Source of the DNA: an uncultured virus (IMG/VR IMGVR_UViG_2820362221_000001)
Lineage: Duplodnaviria > Heunggongvirae > Uroviricota > Caudoviricetes
Strand: one strand, 5' to 3'
Length of the DNA stretch: 20,000 bases
IMG/VR virus record: IMGVR_UViG_2820362221_000001
Span: 51,206 to 71,205 of that record
This document shows, in pieces, positions 18,083 to 20,000 of the stretch (positions are counted from its first letter, which is position 1; each line of letters opens with the position of its first letter). Both the position numbers and the translations under genes were made by a program. The notes beneath the pieces are model-generated. The model saw only the letters and a list, made by a program, of their open reading frames with translations. It had not been told where the DNA came from and did not search any database.

Positions 18083-18549
18083 AATCGTTTGATGATTTCG
18101 CAATCGGGGATATAAGCCTCGACGGATTCCAAATCGTAAAAGGTAATTATTTTAATAGGCAAATCGAACCGTATATGTCATTTCGTGATACAAGCGTTTC
18201 ATTTAATATTGCGGCATATAAGGCTCTGAATTGTGTTGCCACCGTTCAAATTATGGTTAATCAAACCACCAGAAAAATTTTGATACGACCGATAAATTCT
18301 GACGATGTCAATTCAATTACTTGGCTGAAAAATCTGGAAAACCCGAATTGCAAACCGATTGAATGTGCGCCTTTTACACGTCCGCTTTATGAAATGTGGA
18401 AATGGAAACCTAAAACGCGATACAGAGCTTACGGTAAACTTGTTAAAAATGACAAAAAACTGATGTTATTATTTGATTTTTCGGCTCCGGAGATAATTCC
18501 GCCGGGACTTCAAACTCCAAACGGTAAAGGAGGACAAAATGGAAAATAA
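18079..18549 (+). CDS. Recombinase-associated protein 2 (same domain family)
   Basis: ATGA overlap and GGAGGG RBS. Shares SLDGFQIVKG..F...FN.A...VQI.V....RKILIRP...W...C..F...LY.M.KW....YR..G....LFDF. Confidence 0.82.
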   Translation: MKSFDDFAIGDISLDGFQIVKGNYFNRQIEPYMSFRDTSVSFNIAAYKALNCVATVQIMVNQTTRKILIRPINSDDVNSITWLKNLENPNCKPIECAPFTRPLYEMWKWKPKTRYRAYGKLVKNDKKLMLLFDFSAPEIIPPGLQTPNGKGGQNGK

Positions 18550-18892
18550 TATTTGTATCTCTTTTTACTTACGTGAATCAGCGATCAGGATACATCGAAA
18601 AGTTCTTAATAAAATAAATAATCCGCCATTCGTGGAATTTTTAGTTAGCAAGAACCCAAGAGCATTTGCGGTGAGGTCGTGCGGAAAAAAAGATTTGCGT
18701 TCCTTTCGTGTTCGTGTAAACATAAACAGTAAAACAGATAAAGTCGAATTTTATAGTTTACCTCTTTGTAGAGCACTGGCTCGGTTGAACGATTGGGATG
18801 AAAACGGTTCCTACCGTGTTTATGGGCAAGCCTTTCCAAGTCAGGATGTTGCAATTTTTGACTTTTTAAGCTCAAAAATCATTAACGATTAA
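18539..18892 (+). CDS. Recombinase-associated protein 3 (more diverged member of the same domain family)
   Basis: AAGGAGG RBS, overlaps the previous stop. Shares V.FLV.....FAVRSC and L....DW...GSYRVYG.....AIFDF. Confidence 0.78.
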   Translation: MENNICISFYLRESAIRIHRKVLNKINNPPFVEFLVSKNPRAFAVRSCGKKDLRSFRVRVNINSKTDKVEFYSLPLCRALARLNDWDENGSYRVYGQAFPSQDVAIFDFLSSKIIND

Positions 18893-18961
18893 ATAACAAC
18901 CAGTGAGCCAATCTATAACGATAATTATTATATTCTTAATGTTAATATAAACGTGATTAAA

Positions 18962-19060
18962 CAGGTCGGCGCGTATTCGGTCAAGGCGAACACCGACGCA
19001 ATGTACACCAAAATCAAAGCAACGGGATTTACTGATGCCTTTATTAAAACGGAATAATAC
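18962..19060 (+). pseudogene. Direct repeat copy 2: orphan endolysin 3' fragment (SPOR tail)
   Basis: Translates QVGAYSVKANTDAMYTKIKATGFTDAFIKTE* versus QVGAYSVKANADAMLAKIKAAGFTDAFIKAE* in the intact gene. No evident RBS of its own. Confidence 0.9.
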
Positions 19061-19070
19061 CGAAATTATG

Positions 19071-19108
19071 CAGGCAAGCGGCGGATTGACATTTCCGCCG
19101 CTTGCCTG
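19071..19108. terminator. Strong GC-rich hairpin (possible terminator)
   Basis: Perfect 15-bp stem CAGGCAAGCGGCGGA / TCCGCCGCTTGCCTG with an 8-nt loop, between convergent units. The U-tract is weak. Confidence 0.6.
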
Positions 19109-19118
19109 TGTGTAGTAT

Positions 19119-19149
19119 TTAATTCGGTAGTCGGCAACTGCCGAATTAA
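19119..19149. terminator. Second hairpin between convergent genes
   Basis: TTAATTCGGTAGT-CGGCA-ACTGCCGAATTAA, a 13-bp stem with one G-U pair on the + strand. Confidence 0.45.
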
Positions 19150-19202
19150 CGCAATCTGATATATAATTATTATTTCTACGAAATATTCTCGTTTAGATAT
19201 TT

Positions 19203-20000
19203 TTATGAACGTTTCTCTAACTTTGCTTGAAGTTCAGCTATAATGGCATCTTTATCCGCAACTACGCTTTTCCATTTTCTATCAGAGCGTTTTTCACCGC
19301 GTTCTTCTGCATTTTTCAAAGCCTGCGCTTCGTCGTGACGGGCTTTGGAACGCATACGCTCTAACTCGCGAAATTCCTTTGTAGCCGATACGTGACGGTA
19401 TGCCCCGATTGCTTCTTTCATTACAGACACCCCCAATCCCTCGATTTTTTCCAACTCTTCCTCTGTTTTCGCTTTAAATAATGATAACCACAGTTCCAAA
19501 CTTTTATCCGCGCTGACCGATTGCGGCAGTTTCGGCAACTCGAAATAATGCATATTAAATTTATCTGTCAACGGCGTATGGCGCGTGACTTCAAGAGCCT
19601 GATACTCCGAATGAAATTCTTTGCATTTGAATAACTTGAAATAAATAATACTGATGATTATTGTACGCGGTAACTCGGCATAATTCTCGCCTTCGCTTAA
19701 AGCGGTTGAGTATTCGCGCGCCCAATGGAATAGCGAGCGTTCGGGAAAATCCCCCTCATTTTCGACTTGTATTTCAATATTTACGCGCTGACCGTTTACG
19801 AACATATTTATATCGAGTTTACAGAATTTGTTTCCGATAGTTTCCGGCGGTATTTCCGAATTTGTTATTTCAAATTTTTCTATGCTGTCATAGGTTATCC
19901 TGAGTAATTCCGCAACGAGTTTTTTCAGCAATTCAGGATATTGCACAAACAGCATTTTGAACAGTATATCATTGTTAAGCGTATATTTAAGTTTAGCCAT
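19203..20000 (-). CDS. Rpn family recombination-promoting nuclease / PD-(D/E)XK_2 putative transposase
   Basis: NDILFKMLF, KFCKLDI...NGQRVNIEIQV, ERSLFHWA..Y and FELPKL motifs, with a charged helical C-terminal tail. The ATG sits exactly at the window edge, so its upstream context is not visible. Confidence 0.88.
   Translation of the reverse strand: MAKLKYTLNNDILFKMLFVQYPELLKKLVAELLRITYDSIEKFEITNSEIPPETIGNKFCKLDINMFVNGQRVNIEIQVENEGDFPERSLFHWAREYSTALSEGENYAELPRTIIISIIYFKLFKCKEFHSEYQALEVTRHTPLTDKFNMHYFELPKLPQSVSADKSLELWLSLFKAKTEEELEKIEGLGVSVMKEAIGAYRHVSATKEFRELERMRSKARHDEAQALKNAEERGEKRSDRKWKSVVADKDAIIAELQAKLEKRS

Larger units (their letters stand above)
14101..18961. mobile_element. Putative integrative element (XRE, AAA_25 ATPase, serine recombinase, three accessory genes) at the endolysin 3' end
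   Basis: Flanked by the 99-bp direct repeat, visibly more AT-rich than the tail genes, and encodes a large serine recombinase with a divergent repressor. Confidence 0.65.

Noticed and set aside
18893..18961. AT-rich short inverted repeat (TTATATT/AATATAA) as an att arm
   Set aside because: A 7-bp AT-only match is expected by chance in this composition, and there is no matching arm at the left junction.
14002..19060. Lysin 3' repeat pair as a diversity-generating retroelement VR/TR
   Set aside because: Only 8 of 15 mismatches have A in the putative template copy, most differences are synonymous, and no reverse transcriptase is encoded in the window.
19203..20000. Rpn gene as an insertion sequence
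   Set aside because: No terminal inverted repeats or target duplication are visible. The 'transposase' label of this family is not supported by demonstrated transposition.

Overview
Right-hand (tail and lysis) end of a Firmicutes/Clostridia-type siphovirus prophage, mostly on the + strand. The order is: tape measure protein (starts before the window), an AT-rich three-gene moron with its own promoter and terminator, distal tail protein, a large Tal/tail-spike, several small baseplate/fibre proteins, a TM+GAF-like holin candidate and a GH73-amidase-SPOR endolysin. Directly after the endolysin lies a ~4.9 kb AT-rich cassette (14101-18961): a divergent XRE repressor, a RecA-fold AAA_25 ATPase, a large serine recombinase and three small genes. 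The cassette is bracketed by a 99-bp imperfect direct repeat of the endolysin 3' end (14002-14100 / 18962-19060). The recombinase lacks the usual zinc-ribbon region. It instead carries a C-terminal domain that recurs as each of the three downstream stand-alone proteins (four paralogous copies). This lysin-associated recombinase module is the best candidate for an undescribed system. The window ends with a convergent Rpn (PD-(D/E)XK_2) gene that has a likely intragenic small-protein start. All protein-family calls come from motif recognition by eye, not from database searches.
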